Below, piece after piece: positions 61,925 to 64,000 of a DNA stretch of 64,000 nucleotides. The translations under genes and the position numbers were made by a program. Numbering within the stretch: the first letter of the stretch is position 1; each line of letters begins with the position of its first letter. The stretch comes from Camelus ferus (lineage: Eukaryota): positions 119,352,001 to 119,416,000 of the forward strand of contig NC_045696.1 of assembly GCF_009834535.1 (NCBI RefSeq), read 5' to 3'. The notes below the pieces were generated by a model. It had not been told where the DNA came from. It searched no databases and saw only the letters and a list, made by a program, of their open reading frames with translations.

Positions 61925-63064
61925 GGAGTCAGCCAGAGATGCAGAACCACTAAAAGACATAGATATGGGATGCAAACGACTATATATACATATATATATG
62001 TATATAAATATATACATATATATATGTATATAAATATATACATATATATTATTTGTTGCAGAGATATGGCCTCACATAATCATGGGAGCTGGTTAAGCAG
62101 TCTCTGTAAGGCTGCTGTCTTCATATCTGATGCTGACGCCTGAAGTCCACAGGACAGGCAGTTCCAAAGGAAAGAAAGATATAAAATCAGGGAGATTGAG
62201 AACGACCTGGAACCCATCAGTATGGGCTGGAACCCCACAAGGATGGACTAAAATCCACCCCATCCTTGCTGCTTCTGACACAGGTGAAGTGGACATCCTT
62301 CCGAAGTCGGGACCCTTTGGTGTGGGGCTACACACAGACACCTGGCCCAGAAGCAGAAGCAGAGGAGCTGAAGTCGGATCCAGGGAAAGCAGAGCAATTA
62401 CAGGTCCAGCAACCACTTTGTGCCAATGAGGTGTGTCCGAGGATGAGCAACATGGGTGAGCTCCATCGCGTCTCCTGCTTCCCTTCTGCCCTCCAGACTT
62501 CCCAAGGATCTCTCTCATGCCCCATGATGGAGATAATGGAGCAGTTCTGTCTTTCTTTCTGGGACGCCTCAATGTCTGATTTTTGACTTACAACGAAGGT
62601 AAGGGCAGTGAGATGTGTGATGTGCTGTCTGAGGCCTGAAACTCTCCTGGCAAGCCTGGGGTTATCTTCTTTCCTGGTGGTCTGCAACGGCCTCACCAGT
62701 TTGAGAAGCCTGGCTTGGCAACTTAAAGAACTATCTGGCTCCTTCCAGTGAGTTCTCCTGAAGCCAGGGTTCCTTGCACAGATGTTGGCAGCTCCATCCA
62801 GAGATTCAGTGCGGTCTGTGTGGACAGAGGTTGGGCCTCGGTGCACAAAGTCTCTTGGAACCACACTGTTCCCCTGCTTTCTCTTTCTCCCTGCACTGGA
62901 GCCTTTGCCTTTAAAAAAAAGTCTTGACATGAGCATACTCTGTGGAGTCTGGGGAGTCCTTTCAAATATCTGAACTGGGGAAAACAATATAACCAATCTC
63001 ACTGAACACACGTAAGAAGGAGCATTCTGGGAAATGTAGGCCAATCGAGCTAACTGGCACACTG
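61925..63064 (-). mobile_element. ERVL-class LTR remnant containing a (TA)n tract at 61980-62048
   Basis: Minus strand begins tgtgccagttagctcgattggcctacatttcccagaatgc; far end is MLT2-like. Extent uncertain. Confidence 0.45.
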
Positions 63065-64000
63065 TGAGGTCACCAGAGTGTCCGTGGGCCTCGGTGCTCT
63101 GTGGCCGTCATCTTAGGGAGGCTTGCTTTTGGCATAGGGGAACAAAGATGACAGACCTAGGTCTTTTCAAAGAAATCGTTCCACAGATGCCTGGGGAAAA
63201 CCAGAACCAAATTCTTAGAGGAAATAAAGACTTGGTGATTCCTTAAAACCCTTGATTCTTCTGATTCTGCAGCTAAAAACCAGTGGTGTTTCTTGCTAGT
63301 ACCCAATGCTAATGGAGAGAGAGAAAGCAAAAGGGAAGGTCTGATTTCCTCTTGGGAAGGACCCTCTACGTAGAGCCAGGAAGACGGAGACAAGAAAACT
63401 AGAACTGCCATGTTACAACATGGCAGATTTTGGCTCAATCAATGGGAGGAATTTATAACGTTTAGAGTAAGTGTCCAACAGCCGAAGGGATTGCCTTGTG
63501 AGGAACGGAATCCTATGTTTTGACTTGTTAGCTTTAGGCAGAGATTTAATAACATCATTCCTCTCTTACTCCCTCCCTCCCTCCCTTCTTCCTTCTTCCT
63601 TCCTTCCATGCATCTGTCCATCCAGTTATTTTTTATGAGTGCAATCAGTCAATCAACACTTACTGCTTATTATATGCCAGGTGCTGTGCTGGGCTCTGGA
63701 ATCACAGCCCAGAATGGAAGGCAGCTGGGATTATGGACCACCTGCTATGTGCCAGGCGCTCATTAAGTGCTAGAGATTAGAACCCAGGAGAGAAGGCAAT
63801 CTGGGACTGGCGCTGAGAGTCTTCAGTTCTAAGCCCTTACTCCTAAGTGGACCTCCCATTTGTGAATCCTGGCCTGGTTGGTCCCCCCAGCCATGACTCT
63901 TTGACTCATACTCACCCACATGGCTTGTTTTTGTTTGGCTGGGTCCAGGAGGGCTGGGATGTTCTGGGCTGTGACCTCACTGTTTATCACCCTTTTAGAA

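Noticed and set aside
62328..63062. 244-aa minus-strand ORF
   Set aside because: GTG start at the edge of an LTR-like repeat; no domain similarity or splice support.
1..64000. CRISPR arrays, operons or other prokaryotic systems
   Set aside because: The sequence is clearly mammalian (spliced genes, LINE/SINE/LTR content) with no regularly spaced repeat-spacer array.

Overview
Mammalian genomic DNA, most likely a camelid (camel/alpaca) because it carries about ten copies of a tRNA-Ala-derived SINE of the Vic-1 type. It is the OXNAD1-DPH3-GALNT15 syntenic block. The window opens in a CpG-island bidirectional promoter with a probable non-coding first exon of OXNAD1 on the minus strand. It then holds the complete 3-exon DPH3 gene (+, 82 aa) and, converging on it, the complete 10-exon GALNT15 gene (-, 638 aa). 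All exon boundaries were read from the sequence, including one GC-AG intron. Other content: a poly(A)-tailed U2 snRNA retropseudogene, L1/L2/MIR fragments, hAT/Tigger DNA-transposon relics and ERV/MaLR LTRs; repeat family names are recognised by eye from memory of consensus sequences. I see no clearly new protein family. The best leads are regulatory. (1) A candidate unannotated spliced minus-strand transcript runs from a CpG-rich ERVL LTR at about 9.4-9.9 kb through a 90-nt exon to a terminal exon ending tail-to-tail with DPH3. (2) A uORF overlaps the GALNT15 start codon. (3) A MER41-like LTR with decayed STAT sites lies upstream of GALNT15. (4) A sense L1 tail with AATAAA sits just before DPH3 exon 3. 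(5) Several strong CTCF motifs are present.
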